From contig CBDCKN010000003.1 in the NCBI GenBank assembly GCA_965218295.1, forward strand, positions 1 through 64,000: a stretch of 64,000 nucleotides of DNA, given 5' to 3'. This DNA comes from Longimicrobiales bacterium. GTDB taxonomy: Bacteria > Gemmatimonadota > Gemmatimonadetes > Longimicrobiales > Gaopeijiaceae. A program made the translations under genes and the position numbers. The notes below the pieces were generated by a model that was not told the DNA's origin, ran no database searches, and was given only the letters and a program-made list of their open reading frames with translations. Below are positions 18,429 through 29,884 of the stretch, piece by piece (the stretch's first letter is position 1; every line of letters begins with the position of its first letter).

Positions 18429-19778
18429 ATGAAGAAGCCGCGCTTTCCCCATCCCCTCACGCTGCTCACGGGCTGCATCCTCATCGCTGCGGCCCTGAGC
18501 TATGTGCTTCCCGCCGGTCGGTACGAGCGCCGGGACGACCCCGTCACCGGCCGGAGCGTGGTCGTGGCCGGGACGTTCCACGAAGTGGAGCCCGATCCGG
18601 TGGGGTTCTTCGACGCAATCGTGGCGATTCCCAAGGGGTTGGCCGACGCGGCCGACGTGGTCTTTCTGGTGTTCCTAATCGGCGGGGCGTTCACCGTCGT
18701 GGATGAGACCGGGGCGCTCTGGAGCGCGGTGGGCTGGCTGGTCAAGCGGCTCCAGAACCGCGAGGTGCTAGTGATCCCCGTGGTGAGTCTCGCCTTCGCC
18801 ACGGGTGGCGTCCTCGAGAACATGCAGGAAGAGATCATCGCCCTGGTGCCCGTCCTCCTCATCCTCACGAAGCGGCTCGGGTTCGCTCCCCTCACCGCCG
18901 TCTCCATGAGCGCGGGAGCCGCCTTCGTGGGATCGGCATTCAGTCCCATCAACCCCTTCCAGGTGGGCATCGCCCAGAAGCTGGCCGAGCTCCCGCTGCT
19001 CTCGGGGGGGCTCTTCAGGATCATATTCCTGGCGGTGGCCCTCGGCGTTTGGATCTTCGCCACCATGCGCTACGCTCTACGAACGCGGACCGCGCCCGAG
19101 GTCCCCGAGGAGTTGGAGGACGGGGACGGGACCATGGGCGCCCACGATCTCTCCATCCTGGGCATGGTGATCGTCACGTTCGCCATCCTCGTGTGGGGGA
19201 TCCTGAGCCTGGGGTGGGGCTTCGACGAGATGTCGGCACTCTTCTTCATCATGGGCGCGGTGGCGGGAATCGTGGGCGGGCTCAAGGTGATGGGCACCGC
19301 GGAAGCGTACGTGAAGGGCTTCCGCTCCATGGCGTACGCGGCGCTGCTCATCGGCTTCGCGAGAGCCATCTACGTGGTGCTCGATGAGGGACGCATCGTG
19401 GACACCATCGTCCACGGCATGTTTACGCCGGTTGCCGACCTGCCGGTGGGGCTCTCAGCCATGGGCATGATGGTGGCCCACGCCTTCGTCCACGTGCCCG
19501 TCCCCAGTGTGAGCGGGCAGGCGGTGCTGACGATGCCGGTGCTGGTTCCACTCTCCGACCTCCTGGGCCTGTCTCGTCAGGTCACGGTCCTGGCCTATCA
19601 GTTCGGGGCGGGGCTGTGCGATCTGATCACGCCCACCAACGGCGCTCTCATGGCGATCCTGGCCGCAGGAGGTGTGGAGTACCAGGAGTGGCTGAAGTTC
19701 ACCCTGAAGTGGTACCTCGTCTTGATGGCGTTGGGCGCCGCCGTAGTCCTCCTGGCGATCGCCATCGGGCTTCAGTGA
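18429..19778 (+). CDS. YfcC-family (basic amino acid antiporter-like) transporter
   Basis: FPHPLTLL, PINPFQVGIAQKLAELPLLSG, PSVSGQAVLTMP, ITPTNGALMAIL. Confidence 0.9.
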   Translation: MKKPRFPHPLTLLTGCILIAAALSYVLPAGRYERRDDPVTGRSVVVAGTFHEVEPDPVGFFDAIVAIPKGLADAADVVFLVFLIGGAFTVVDETGALWSAVGWLVKRLQNREVLVIPVVSLAFATGGVLENMQEEIIALVPVLLILTKRLGFAPLTAVSMSAGAAFVGSAFSPINPFQVGIAQKLAELPLLSGGLFRIIFLAVALGVWIFATMRYALRTRTAPEVPEELEDGDGTMGAHDLSILGMVIVTFAILVWGILSLGWGFDEMSALFFIMGAVAGIVGGLKVMGTAEAYVKGFRSMAYAALLIGFARAIYVVLDEGRIVDTIVHGMFTPVADLPVGLSAMGMMVAHAFVHVPVPSVSGQAVLTMPVLVPLSDLLGLSRQVTVLAYQFGAGLCDLITPTNGALMAILAAGGVEYQEWLKFTLKWYLVLMALGAAVVLLAIAIGLQ

Positions 19779-21098
19779 ACGAGCCCAGAGTCCCAGGCCT
19801 CGAAGAGAGCCTCGAGCTCGGCGCCCAAACGCCGCTGCTCGGTCAGCAGCTCCTTCACCACGCGGCTGCGCGTGCGGAGAATCAGGAAGCGGCGAATGTC
19901 GTTGAAGGCCCAGCGCCAGCGCTCCCGGACCCACAGGCCCGTCATCCCCAGGGGTGGTAGGAGGACGAGAACGGCCAACCCCGCCCACGAGCCCCAGGCA
20001 CAGGCCCACGACGGCCACCGCGAGCACCCACGCGGCGTAGATTACGATCCCGAAGAGGAGCTTGTAGGTGGACACACGGTCGAGCGCGGGCCGCGCCTTG
20101 TTCGTAAGAAGGCTGGTGACCCGGAAGGGGACCCAGAACGCGACGTGGCCCACCAGAGCGAGGGCCACGATGGGGATGCCCGCCAGGTAGAGGCGGCGAG
20201 CCGACCAGCGAACGCTGGAGGCGAGACCGACGTTGGCGTGCAGGTCGCCCGGTCGAAAGCCGAAGAGGGCCAGGCGACGATAGTGCCTGGCCAGATCCCG
20301 CAGCAGAGCCTTCCAGCGTTCGTCGGAGCCGTGCCGAACAGCTGCAAGGATTCGGGCGGTGATCTCGTAGCGGTGCACCTGGTGAGCCGGGCCTTGGGCC
20401 TCCTCCACCTGAAGGCCCCAGATGGCCTCGGCCGCCTCAACCAGGGGCCGATCCTCCCACCTCTCCAGGTTCAGGGTGACTCCCCGGAGTCCCTGGTCGA
20501 TCCGCGCCGTGAGCTCGCTCACCGCCTCCCGGTCCTTCCTGCCCCTGTCGGCCAGGTCGTCCCACGAGACGGGCTCACCCAGCACCACCCGCATCTCTGA
20601 GCGAAAGCGCTCCTTCCGCTCCGGTACGATACCCACCGGGATGATGGGGAACGTCCGGGCCGTCTTCTCGTAGGTGCCCATGGCCATGCGGGCCGTGCCC
20701 GTCTTGATCTCGGCCAGGGACGGCTCCGAGTGGCTGGTCCCCTCGGGGAAGATCCCGATGGCCGCACCGTTCGCCAGCTCCCCGATAACCGCCTCGAACA
20801 CGTCGCGGTTCTGACCCATGGCCTTGGGGTCGTCCTGCCGGCGATAGACGGGGATCGCACCCGCCGCCTTCACCACCCAACCGACTTGGCGATCGGTGAA
20901 GAGGGGTGCCTTAGCCAGGAACCGGACCCGGCGACCCGTCACGCCCGCCACGATGACAGGGTCTACCAGGGAGTTGGGGTGGTTCGCAACGATGAGCACC
21001 GGACCATGGGGCGGCACCGCAGGACCATCCACCGAGAGCCGGTAGAAGGTGCGGCTGGCCAGCCAGCACACGGCGGACAGAACGGGGAGGAGCCACAT
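19772..21098 (-). pseudogene. PlsC-type lysophospholipid acyltransferase, frameshift near 20000
   Basis: ANHPNSLVD, FLAKAPLF, IFPEGTSH; the real C-terminus is in the frame of ORF 19772..19978. Confidence 0.85.
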
Positions 21099-21109
21099 TG
21101 GGAGCTACC

Positions 21110-22054
21110 CTATTCCGAAGGGTCGGGCTCCGCCGACCAGAGCCAGGCCGCCCCCCGCACACCGCTCGAGTCCCCGTGGGTGTTCCGCACCACCCGGGTG
21201 GAGAATACGTCGGTGAACACGTAGGACGGGAGGGCCCTCTCCAGGTCCTCAGGAAGGGTGGGGAGGTTGGACATTCCTCCACCCAGCACCACCACGTTCG
21301 GATCCACCACATTGATGACCGTGGCGAGGCCTCGGGCGAGACGATCCACATATCGGTCGTAGGAGGCGCGGGCGCCCACGTGACCATCGGCGGCCCTCTC
21401 GGCGATCTCGTGGGTCGAGAGGGCCTCCCCCGTGGCGGCCTCGTGGTCACGGGCGAGTCCCGGTCCCGACACGAAGGTCTCCAGACAGCCTCGCTTGCCG
21501 CAGAAGCACTCCCGGCCGGGCCGCTCATCGTCCTTGGGCCACGGCAATGGGTTGTGGCCCCACTCACCCGCGATCCGCTGCGGTCCCTCCAGGAGGCGCT
21601 TGTGGACCACCACACCTCCGCCCACGCCCGTGCCGATGATGACGCCGAAGACCACGTCCGCGCCGGCGCCGGCCCCGTCGGTGGCCTCGGAGAGCGTGAA
21701 GCAGTTGGCGTCGTTCATGAGGCGCACGGGACGCCCGAGCGCCTCTTCCAGATCCCTGTCGAAGGGATGGCCGATGAGCCAGGTGGAGTTCGCGTTGTTC
21801 ACGAGGCCCGTGGCGGGAGAGACGGTCCCAGGGATCCCCACACCGACCCTCGCCCGCTCCGCCGCGCCCATCTTCGCCGCCGCGTCCTGTTCCAAAGCGG
21901 ACACGATGTCCCGAAGGGCCCCCACCGTCTCGTCGTAGCTCCTGGGCGTCTCGATGCGACGCCGAGCCAACTCGACACCGTCCCGGCTCAGGGCCAGGGC
22001 TTCTATCTTGGTGCCGCCGAGGTCGATTCCGATACGGAGCGTTGGGGTGGACAT
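21110..22054 (-). CDS. ROK family sugar kinase (fructokinase/Mak-like)
   Basis: IGIDLGGTKIE, NDANCFTLSEATDGAG, GEWGHNPLPW, CFCGKRGCLE, HGDSSGVRGAAWLW. Confidence 0.93.
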   Translation of the reverse strand: MSTPTLRIGIDLGGTKIEALALSRDGVELARRRIETPRSYDETVGALRDIVSALEQDAAAKMGAAERARVGVGIPGTVSPATGLVNNANSTWLIGHPFDRDLEEALGRPVRLMNDANCFTLSEATDGAGAGADVVFGVIIGTGVGGGVVVHKRLLEGPQRIAGEWGHNPLPWPKDDERPGRECFCGKRGCLETFVSGPGLARDHEAATGEALSTHEIAERAADGHVGARASYDRYVDRLARGLATVINVVDPNVVVLGGGMSNLPTLPEDLERALPSYVFTDVFSTRVVRNTHGDSSGVRGAAWLWSAEPDPSE

Positions 22055-22178
22055 GGCCGTATAATATCGCCTGACATCGCAGTCGGCCCGTCCACGCACC
22101 GACCAAACCTGGAGCGCCCCTGATGACCGCGGCGCAGACCTGCTGAGCGGGCTCGGCTACCCACCAGCCTCCAGGATC

Positions 22179-22214
22179 CGGAGGTGTCGCTCGGCGCGGA
22201 GGTGTCGCTCGGCT
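22179..22214. repeat. Tandem repeat, 2 x 18 bp
   Basis: CGGAGGTGTCGCTCGGCK at 22179 and 22197, intergenic after arcC. Confidence 0.85.
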
Positions 22215-22248
22215 CGGCGGGGTCATTCGGCGCGGCTTCCGGGCGTAC

Positions 22249-23154
22249 TCAACGCTCCACCACGGTCCCCGCCCGCGAGCTGAGGATCTCCTCGATCTCG
22301 CCCAACGCCCCGATGGCCGCCCGGCCACCGGTTCGCTCGACGAAGGTGCAGGCCCCCTCGACCTTGGGACCCATGGAGCCGACCGGAAACTGGTGCCGCC
22401 TCAGCTCCTCGGGAGTGATGGTCCGGATCGGCCTCTGCTCGGGCGTGCCCCAGTCCAGGTAAACCGTGTCCGCTTCGGTGGCCAGAATCAGGCAGTCCGC
22501 CTCCACCTCCTCGGCCAAGAGTGCGCTGGCCCGGTCCTTGTCGATGACCGCCTCCATCCCCTGGAGCTTGCCCTCATCGTCGTACATGGTGGGGATACCG
22601 CCGCCGCCCGAGCAGATGACGATCACGTTGTGCTCCAGGAGCCAGCGCACCGGGCGGATCTCGAACACCCGCTGGGGTAGCGGGGACGGCACGACCCGTC
22701 GCCACCCGTCCCCGTCGGGCGCCACGTTCCAGCCCCGTTCCACAGACAGGGCACGGGCCTCCTCCTCGCCGTAGACCGGACCGATCGGCTTGGTCGGATT
22801 CTCGAAGGCGGGATCGGCGGGATCCACTTCAACCATGGTAAGGATCGTGGCGAAGGGACGCTCGAAGGGCAGCAGGTTGCCGAGCTCCTGCTCGATCATG
22901 TAGCCGATCATGCCCTCGCTCTCGGCGCCGAGGACGTCGAGGGGAGGAGGGCGTAGGTCCTCGTACGCGGCGGCCTGAAGTGCCAGGAGCCCCACCTGGG
23001 GGCCGTTCCCGTGTGTGATGACGAGCTGGTGCTCCCGGGCGACGGGCGCCAGGGAATTCGCCGCGATCCGTACGTTCTTGCGCTGCACCTCGGCGGTCGG
23101 CGGCTCACCTCGCCGCAGGAGAGCGTTCCCCCCCAGGGCGACGACGATGCGCAT
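22249..23154 (-). CDS. arcC: Carbamate kinase
   Basis: [45 protein letters not shown]. Confidence 0.97.
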   Translation of the reverse strand: MRIVVALGGNALLRRGEPPTAEVQRKNVRIAANSLAPVAREHQLVITHGNGPQVGLLALQAAAYEDLRPPPLDVLGAESEGMIGYMIEQELGNLLPFERPFATILTMVEVDPADPAFENPTKPIGPVYGEEEARALSVERGWNVAPDGDGWRRVVPSPLPQRVFEIRPVRWLLEHNVIVICSGGGGIPTMYDDEGKLQGMEAVIDKDRASALLAEEVEADCLILATEADTVYLDWGTPEQRPIRTITPEELRRHQFPVGSMGPKVEGACTFVERTGGRAAIGALGEIEEILSSRAGTVVER

Positions 23155-23166
23155 GACCGTCCGGGG

Positions 23167-24168
23167 TTATCCGGCCAGTGTGGCCACCATCACGGCCTTG
23201 ACGGTGTGCATGCGGTTTTCCGCCTGGTCGAAGACGATGGAGTGCTCGCCCTCGAACACCTCGTCCGTCACCTCCATCCCGTCGAGGCCGAACTTCTGGA
23301 AGATGTCCTCGCCCACGGCGGTCTGGCGGTCGTGGAACGCCGGAAGGCAGTGCAGGAACCTGGCGGGAGGATCTCCCGTCTGGGCCAGCACTTCGGAGTT
23401 CACCTGGTAGGGCCGGAGCAACTCGATCCGCTCCGCCCACATGGACTCGGGCTCGCCCATGGACACCCACACGTCCGTGTAGAGGAAGTCGACGTTCCCG
23501 ACTGCCTTCTCGACGTCCTCCGTCAGCGTGACGGTTCCTCCGGCCGCGGCGGCGAACCCCTCGCTCTTGGTCACCAGTCCGCTGTCGGGCCAGCACACTT
23601 CCGGTGCGGCCAGCCGGACGTCCATGCCCATCTTCGCCCCGCCCACCATGAGCGAGTTCCCCACGTTGTTCCGGGCATCCCCCAGGTAGCAGTATGAGAT
23701 GTCCGAGAGAGGCTTCCCGGCGTGCTCCTCCATGGTGAGGAAGTCGGCCAGGATCTGCGTCGGATGAAACTCGTCCGTGAGGCCGTTCCAGACCGGAACG
23801 CCCGCGAATGCACCAAGCTCCTCCACGATGGCCTGACCGAAACCCCGATACTCGATGCCGTCGTATATGCGGCCCAGCACCCTGGCGGTGTCCTTCATGG
23901 ACTCCTTGTGGCCGATCTGTGAGCCGCTGGGCCCGAGGTACGTGACGCGGGCACCCTGGTCGTGCGCCGCCACCTCGAACGCGCATCGGGTTCGGGTGGA
24001 CGACTTCTCGAAGATGAGGGCGATGTTCTTGCCCGTCAGGCGCGGCTCCTCGGTGCCGCCCGCCTTCGCCGCCTTCAGCTCGGCGGCGAGATCGAGGAGG
24101 TGCCTGATCTCCTCCGGAGTAAAATCTTCGAGCTTCAGGACGTTCCGCCCCCTGAGGTCCAACGTCAT
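23167..24168 (-). CDS. arcB: Ornithine carbamoyltransferase (catabolic context)
   Basis: [43 protein letters not shown] overlap with arcA stop. Confidence 0.96.
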   Translation of the reverse strand: MTLDLRGRNVLKLEDFTPEEIRHLLDLAAELKAAKAGGTEEPRLTGKNIALIFEKSSTRTRCAFEVAAHDQGARVTYLGPSGSQIGHKESMKDTARVLGRIYDGIEYRGFGQAIVEELGAFAGVPVWNGLTDEFHPTQILADFLTMEEHAGKPLSDISYCYLGDARNNVGNSLMVGGAKMGMDVRLAAPEVCWPDSGLVTKSEGFAAAAGGTVTLTEDVEKAVGNVDFLYTDVWVSMGEPESMWAERIELLRPYQVNSEVLAQTGDPPARFLHCLPAFHDRQTAVGEDIFQKFGLDGMEVTDEVFEGEHSIVFDQAENRMHTVKAVMVATLAG

Positions 24169-25508
24169 ACAGGATCCCGTAGGAGCGGGCAGGTCATACA
24201 ATGCCCGCCACCTCTGCTCCGCCCCAGCTCCGACCCGTCGATCGTGATGACCTCGACGCCGGCTTTCCGGAGTCTCGTGTTCGTGTACTCGTTCTTCGAA
24301 TACGCCACGACCACGCCCGGCTCGATGGCGAGAATGTTGTTTCCGTCGTCCCACTGCTCCCGCTCGGCTTGGAACTCGTCGCCCCCCGTGCCGATGACAC
24401 GTAGCTCGGCCACACCCAGAGCATCCTGCACCGCGTCGAGGAAGCTCTTCTCCTCCCGAATGCACAGCTGCCCTTCATCCCGATCCGAGGGCCGCAGGCT
24501 ATACGCTTTGATGGCGTCCACGACATTCGGGTAAACCGTGACGGCATCTACATCCACCATGGTGAACACAGTGTCCAGGTGCATATGCGCCCGGTCACGA
24601 TCCATCTCGCAGGCGATCACACGCTCCACCACGCCCGCGTCGAACAGGGTCTTGGCGAGAAGCTCGACCATGCGAGCCGTGGTCCGCTGGCTCAGGCCCA
24701 TGAGAACCGTCTTGTTCCCGATGGGCATGACGTCGCCCCCTTCGAGGGAGGCCCGGCCGAAGTCCTCGGCGCTCCGGTCGCCGTCCCCGTCTTGGCGCGG
24801 ATACCAGAACTCGAAGTCAGCTCCCACGAACAGCGGATGGCCCGTGTAGACGAGGCCCACGTTCACGGTCTCCAGGCGGCGCACCCGGTAGTACATGGGG
24901 TTTAGGGTCACCCCGTCGGAAATCCAACACGAGGAGTCTCGCGTGAAGAGTGAGTTTGGGAGTGGAGGCAGGATGAACGCCGCATGCTCCCCGGCTCGGG
25001 CCGTGAGAGAGCGGCCCAGGTCCAGCCCCTCCACCTCCCTCTGGGCAAGGCCACCGATGAGATGGGTAGCCAGTTGATCCGGATCCATCTCGAGGAGGTA
25101 CGCCCGTATCTCGTCCACGAGGGAGACACCTACCGTCATCTCCGTCACGACCTGCTCGACCGCGGCCTGGCGCGCCTGCTCGTTCAGGGTCAGCGTCTCG
25201 GAGAGCAGATCCCGCAGCAGGTACACCTCGACGCCCCGTTCTCGCAGATGATCCACGAAGACATCATGCTGCTCCCTGGCTTTGCGGACCCAGAGAACGT
25301 CGTCGAAAAGGAGCTCCTGGGCGTTCGACGGGGTGAGTCTCTGAAGGCTCAAGTCAGGACGGTGGACCAGCACCTTGCGGAGTCGGCCCACCTCCGAGTC
25401 CACGCCGAATACGGTCGGCTGCACCTCCTGGCCCTCCGGGGGAGAGACGTCCAACCCCGACTGCTCCTGGGCAGGCGACGTCAGCTCGTCTGGACTGCCA
25501 ACAGCCAA
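24165..25508 (-). CDS. arcA: Arginine deiminase
   Basis: [43 protein letters not shown]; start uncertain. Confidence 0.97.
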   Translation of the reverse strand: MAVGSPDELTSPAQEQSGLDVSPPEGQEVQPTVFGVDSEVGRLRKVLVHRPDLSLQRLTPSNAQELLFDDVLWVRKAREQHDVFVDHLRERGVEVYLLRDLLSETLTLNEQARQAAVEQVVTEMTVGVSLVDEIRAYLLEMDPDQLATHLIGGLAQREVEGLDLGRSLTARAGEHAAFILPPLPNSLFTRDSSCWISDGVTLNPMYYRVRRLETVNVGLVYTGHPLFVGADFEFWYPRQDGDGDRSAEDFGRASLEGGDVMPIGNKTVLMGLSQRTTARMVELLAKTLFDAGVVERVIACEMDRDRAHMHLDTVFTMVDVDAVTVYPNVVDAIKAYSLRPSDRDEGQLCIREEKSFLDAVQDALGVAELRVIGTGGDEFQAEREQWDDGNNILAIEPGVVVAYSKNEYTNTRLRKAGVEVITIDGSELGRSRGGGHCMTCPLLRDPV

Positions 25509-25684
25509 GGCGGGAGCTCCGAGATCATGAGTGGGCGTCGTCGAATTCCGGGGAAGAGCGGCTCTTCAACCAAACGAAAACGGGAATGCCCGCCAGGAGC
25601 AATAGGCTACGAGGGGCCGATCTACCTTTTCTCCCGGGGTACGGACCTGAACGGGTGACCGGTCGGGATGTTAGCGACTCGCGC

Positions 25685-26131
25685 TCAGCCGGCGGCCGAG
25701 CCGGAGCTGGGCTCGCTCATCGCAGCGATCTCTTCCTTCACCGCCTCCACCAGGTCGCCAAAGTTCGGCAGCTTCTGCATGCAGCGGCGCACTCCGAGAG
25801 CGTACGCTCTCTCTATGTGCTCCGGATTGGTCGAGGATGTGAACACGATGACGGGGATGTCGGCCAGCCGCTCGCTCTCGTTCATCCACTCGAGGATCTC
25901 GAAGCCCGTCGTGTCGGGAAGCCAGAGGTCCAGCACCATGATCGTCGGGAGCGAATAGTACTCCTCGTCGTCCTCGTACGAGGGCCACTCACCCCGAAGA
26001 TATCGCTTCGCTCCCTCGCCCCTGACGGCTACGTGCACGCGGGCCTGCGAAAACCCGCGAGCGAACACCGCCTGGATGAGGGTGGCGTGGTCTCGGTTGT
26101 CTTCGACGACGAGAACGGTCGTCTGGTCCAT
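25685..26131 (-). CDS. Single-domain response regulator (receiver)
   Basis: LVVEDN, LDLWLP, PVIVFTSS, AYALG. Confidence 0.92.
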   Translation of the reverse strand: MDQTTVLVVEDNRDHATLIQAVFARGFSQARVHVAVRGEGAKRYLRGEWPSYEDDEEYYSLPTIMVLDLWLPDTTGFEILEWMNESERLADIPVIVFTSSTNPEHIERAYALGVRRCMQKLPNFGDLVEAVKEEIAAMSEPSSGSAAG

Positions 26132-26231
26132 GGGAGCCTCCTCGGAAGCGTGTGATCCTGGGGGATCAGCCGCATCTCTAACAGTACTCTAGACTTAACG
26201 CGTCGGACAAGATTTTCTTTCGGTCCTGCCT

Positions 26232-26920
26232 CTAGAAATCGTTCAGGAGCATCCGGGCCCACTCCAGCTCATCGGTGTTCACCGTATGCCCTATACCGGG
26301 ATAGATGCGCTCCTCCACCTGCCCGCCAGGGCCTCCATGATCCCCGCCGACTCGTTGACCCGAGCCAGGGGGACGTGGGAATCCACATCACTGCAGCCCA
26401 GAAATACCGGCGTTCCCTCCAAGGAGCCTTCGTAGCTGCGCGGCGTCCCCTCGGGCCCGATGAGCCCCCCGGAAAAGGCCACGACCCCTCCGTAACGGGC
26501 TGGGTTCCTGGCGGCGAACTCCAGCGCCAGACAGGCACCCTGCGAGAACCCCATCAGGACCGTTTTCTCCCGAGGGAGTCCCGTCGACATCGCCTCCCTC
26601 GCAGCGGCGCCCACACGATCGAGGGCCGACGAGAGCCATGGCTCGTTCATGGGAATGGGAGCCAGGAAGCTCTGGGGATACCACGAGAACGCCGTGGCCT
26701 GGGGAGCGATGAACGTCACTCTCGGTGCGTCGAGGTCAGGAGCGAGGGTGAGAATCCCCCTGGCGCTGTCTCCCCGGCCGTGGACCAGGATGACGGCCGC
26801 CTCCGCCTCTTGGAGATCCGGGCCTAGGCGAACCGAAGGGCTGTCCCGGTGCGGGTCGTCCGAGCTCTGACCATGGGCGGGTCCGAATGCCGATTCGGCG
26901 CCCGGGCCGGAGCCGCTCAT
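26232..26920 (-). pseudogene. Phospholipase/carboxylesterase-type alpha/beta hydrolase, -1 frameshift near 26325
   Basis: HGRG, GFSQG, DSHVP; adding one G restores ...ALGGQVEERIYPGIGHTVNTDELEW...* containing the catalytic His. Confidence 0.85.
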
Positions 26921-27903
26921 CCGGCGTTCCGGTGGGGCATGGTCAGGGGTGGCAGCTGGGACTCCAGCTCGGCCCGGCGGCCCTCGAGCCATGCCGGAAG
27001 CTTCACGTCACGGCCCAGATCCTCTTCGGTCTCATCGGCCGTGAAGCCGGGACCATCGGTCGCGATCTCGAAGAGCACTCCTCCCGGCTCGTGGAAGTAG
27101 ATCGATCGAAAGTAGTTTCGGTCCTGCACGGTCGTGACCGGGATGCCGGCAGTCACCAACGCTTCCCGCCAGGTCCGTTGCTCTTCGTCGTCCCGGGCCC
27201 GAAAGGCGACGTGATGCACGCTTCCCTTCCCCATGCGCCCGTCTTCGCTGGAGCCCGCAGTCAGGAGATCGATCACCGCTCCCACCTCGTCTTCACCCGC
27301 ACGAAAGCGGAGGCGTCCCCCTTCCTCGCCGATGTGCTCGTATCCCAGAAGGTCCGTGAGAAGGCGGGCCGAGGCGTCCGGATCCGCCACATCGAGTAGC
27401 ACTCCGTGGAACGACCGGATGGCATGCTCGGGGGGGATGTCGGGATGTACGGGCAGGCCGGCCAGCGTCTCCCGGGTATCGGCCCCGGCGACCAGCTCGA
27501 GGACCAATCCGTCCGGGTCCTTCAGTCGCACGAGGTCCGCACCGAAGCACGCCTCCCTCTCCACACCTGCAACGCCAGTCCGCTCGAGGTGGCCAGCCCA
27601 GAAATCGCCCGATTCCGCGGGAACGGCAAAGGATGTCGCGTCCGTGAAGCGTGACCCCCGCCGGCCCGGCTCCGCCCGCTCCCAGGGGAAGAACGTCATG
27701 ATGGTCCCAGGCGTGCCGACCCGATCACCATAGTAGAGATGATAAGTGCCGGGATCGTCGAAGTTCACCGTGCGTTTGACCATGCGGAGGCCCAGCACAC
27801 CCGTGTAGAAGTCCAGGTTGGCCTGAGCCGGGCCCGAGATGGCCGTGACATGGTGAATTCCTGGGATACGCGGCGTGCTTGCCGCTCCTGCGTCCAAGCT
27901 CAT
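26917..27903 (-). CDS. Ring-cleaving dioxygenase, VOC/glyoxalase family (MhqA/MhqO-like)
   Basis: GIHHVTAI, KRTVNFDDPGTYHLYYG, VHHVAFR, DRNYFRSIYF, FEIATDGPGF. Confidence 0.93.
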   Translation of the reverse strand: MSLDAGAASTPRIPGIHHVTAISGPAQANLDFYTGVLGLRMVKRTVNFDDPGTYHLYYGDRVGTPGTIMTFFPWERAEPGRRGSRFTDATSFAVPAESGDFWAGHLERTGVAGVEREACFGADLVRLKDPDGLVLELVAGADTRETLAGLPVHPDIPPEHAIRSFHGVLLDVADPDASARLLTDLLGYEHIGEEGGRLRFRAGEDEVGAVIDLLTAGSSEDGRMGKGSVHHVAFRARDDEEQRTWREALVTAGIPVTTVQDRNYFRSIYFHEPGGVLFEIATDGPGFTADETEEDLGRDVKLPAWLEGRRAELESQLPPLTMPHRNAG

Positions 27904-28020
27904 GGCGTGCCTCGGCCACTTCCCCTACCGGGCCGGCGCCGGGTCACCCGTCGGGGCACCCTGCCGTCCGCGTCACGAAAGACCAACGATATGACCGCCC
28001 TCGGGAAGACCGAGGCCCTC

Positions 28021-29589
28021 CTACCGATTCTCCCAAGACGTCAGCTTGTGGATGCCCCTGGCCTCCCAGAGCGCGGCATCGGCATCGTGCCAGATGCCCT
28101 CGAGCCGGCTCACGAGCTCGCTCACCAGAGCGCCGTCGGCGGAGGCCCGGGCCGCCCGGGCCATCCCCAGGAGCGACGAGGTCCGTTCGGGCGTCCGGTC
28201 GAGCGACTTGGCGAAGGCGACCCGAGCTTCAGACGCCTTGCCCGCCTCCAGAAGTACTTCTCCCAGTAACTCGTGGGACGGCTTGACGACATGGGGAGGA
28301 CCGAACTCGAAGGGCATGGTGGCCTCACGGCGGACCGCCTCTTCCAGTAGCCCTACCGCGGAGTCGATCCGCCCCTCGGCCACTTCCGCGAGGGCGGTGA
28401 GCTGCATGGAGAGGATGCGCGCGCGCTCGGCCTGAGCTGTGCCGATCTCGTTGTCCGCGATGCGCCCCAGCTCGGCTGCGACGGCGCCGGCACGCCCTCC
28501 GTCACCGGCCATGAGCTCGGCGATCCCGTCCGTGAAGACGTACTCGGCGGCCGTCAGACCCTTGACCGCCCAGCGATCCGCTGACGCCCAGTCTTCCGTG
28601 TCGAGGACGTATCGGGCCCTCATCTGCACGAAGGAGCCCACCTCGCCGGCGGTCGGCTGGTCGCCTTGACGCTCGAAACAGCGCTGGAGCACCTCGGCCG
28701 CCTTCTCGTGGCGGCCCTGCTGGAGGTAGCCGTACTCGAGCCAATATGTGTAGTGACCGCACACGTTGGCCCGCCGGCCCAATCCCTCGAGGCGTGCCGT
28801 CTGAACACCCACGGCCCGCTCGTTCGCGGCCACCACGTCGTCCCAGAGGCCCATTGCCACGAAGATGTGCGACGTCATGTGCTGGGCGTGGCCGGCGGCG
28901 GGCGCGACCTCGGAGTAGGCTCGAGCCGCGGACAGGCCCAGGGGCGCATGGATGGGATCGTCGAAGGAGTGGATCGTGTAATGGACGGCCCCCGGGTGGT
29001 CGGGGTTCCGCTCCAGGATCGGCTGCGCTACAGCCGCGGCTCTCATGTACGTGGCTGAGTCCCGGCCCTCATGAGCGGAGCCGAGCAGAGCCAGAGCGTA
29101 CAAGGCGGCCGCTTCGTCGTCGTCGGGATACGCTTCATGGAGGCGCCGCATGGCATCACGGTACGCCAGGTCCCGGGTCCACTTGTCCTCCCCTTCGGCG
29201 TACAGGATCTCCACTGCCGCGAGGTACGCGCGCTCCCGGTCTGTCCCCGCCTTCGCGGCACGCTCCTCGGGAATGGCGCCGAGGCGGGCCAGGGTGATGC
29301 GGCCAGCCACGGAGTCCTGCTGTTGCCAAACCGGATGGTTGTAGGACATGGCCTCTCCCCAATAGGCCATGGCGAAGTCTGGCTGGGCGGCCTGAGCCGC
29401 CTGGAAGGCCTTGGCGGCGTCCTCGTACTCGAAGCTGTGCATGAAGAGAACGCCACGGATGAACGCGGCGTGCGCATCGGGCGAGCCTGAAGTCGGGAAG
29501 TCGATCGTGCCGAGGCTCTGGGCGCCGAGGGGCGTCGCCGGCAGAAGCAGTGTCAGGAGAGCGAAGCAGATGAGATGGGGCTGCATCAT
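28021..29589 (-). CDS. Secreted TPR-containing protein
   Basis: Signal peptide; LFMHSFEY, AMAYWGEAM, HPGAVHYTIHSFD, HAQHMTSHIF. Confidence 0.85.
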   Translation of the reverse strand: MMQPHLICFALLTLLLPATPLGAQSLGTIDFPTSGSPDAHAAFIRGVLFMHSFEYEDAAKAFQAAQAAQPDFAMAYWGEAMSYNHPVWQQQDSVAGRITLARLGAIPEERAAKAGTDRERAYLAAVEILYAEGEDKWTRDLAYRDAMRRLHEAYPDDDEAAALYALALLGSAHEGRDSATYMRAAAVAQPILERNPDHPGAVHYTIHSFDDPIHAPLGLSAARAYSEVAPAAGHAQHMTSHIFVAMGLWDDVVAANERAVGVQTARLEGLGRRANVCGHYTYWLEYGYLQQGRHEKAAEVLQRCFERQGDQPTAGEVGSFVQMRARYVLDTEDWASADRWAVKGLTAAEYVFTDGIAELMAGDGGRAGAVAAELGRIADNEIGTAQAERARILSMQLTALAEVAEGRIDSAVGLLEEAVRREATMPFEFGPPHVVKPSHELLGEVLLEAGKASEARVAFAKSLDRTPERTSSLLGMARAARASADGALVSELVSRLEGIWHDADAALWEARGIHKLTSWENR

Positions 29590-29884
29590 GCGGTTGCCTC
29601 CGGGTTGGGGGTCACACAGGATACGGCGGCCGGCGTCGGCGGGCCAGTGTGGCGCACCTGCCGCGACGATGCCACCGGAGTTACGCCCGGCGAATCCGCC
29701 AGAAACCTCGGGCAGCCTCCCCGGTATCACTTGTCCGAGCACGGCCGGCGGCGAACCGGATCGGAACCATCCAGGTTGATCACGGCCAGACCAACTGCAC
29801 GACGCCGGCGGCCGTACCGTATATCGGCAAGATGTGGGCCCGGCGGGTGGCGAAAGAGGCGGGAGTCTGAGGTCCGGGGAGCAC

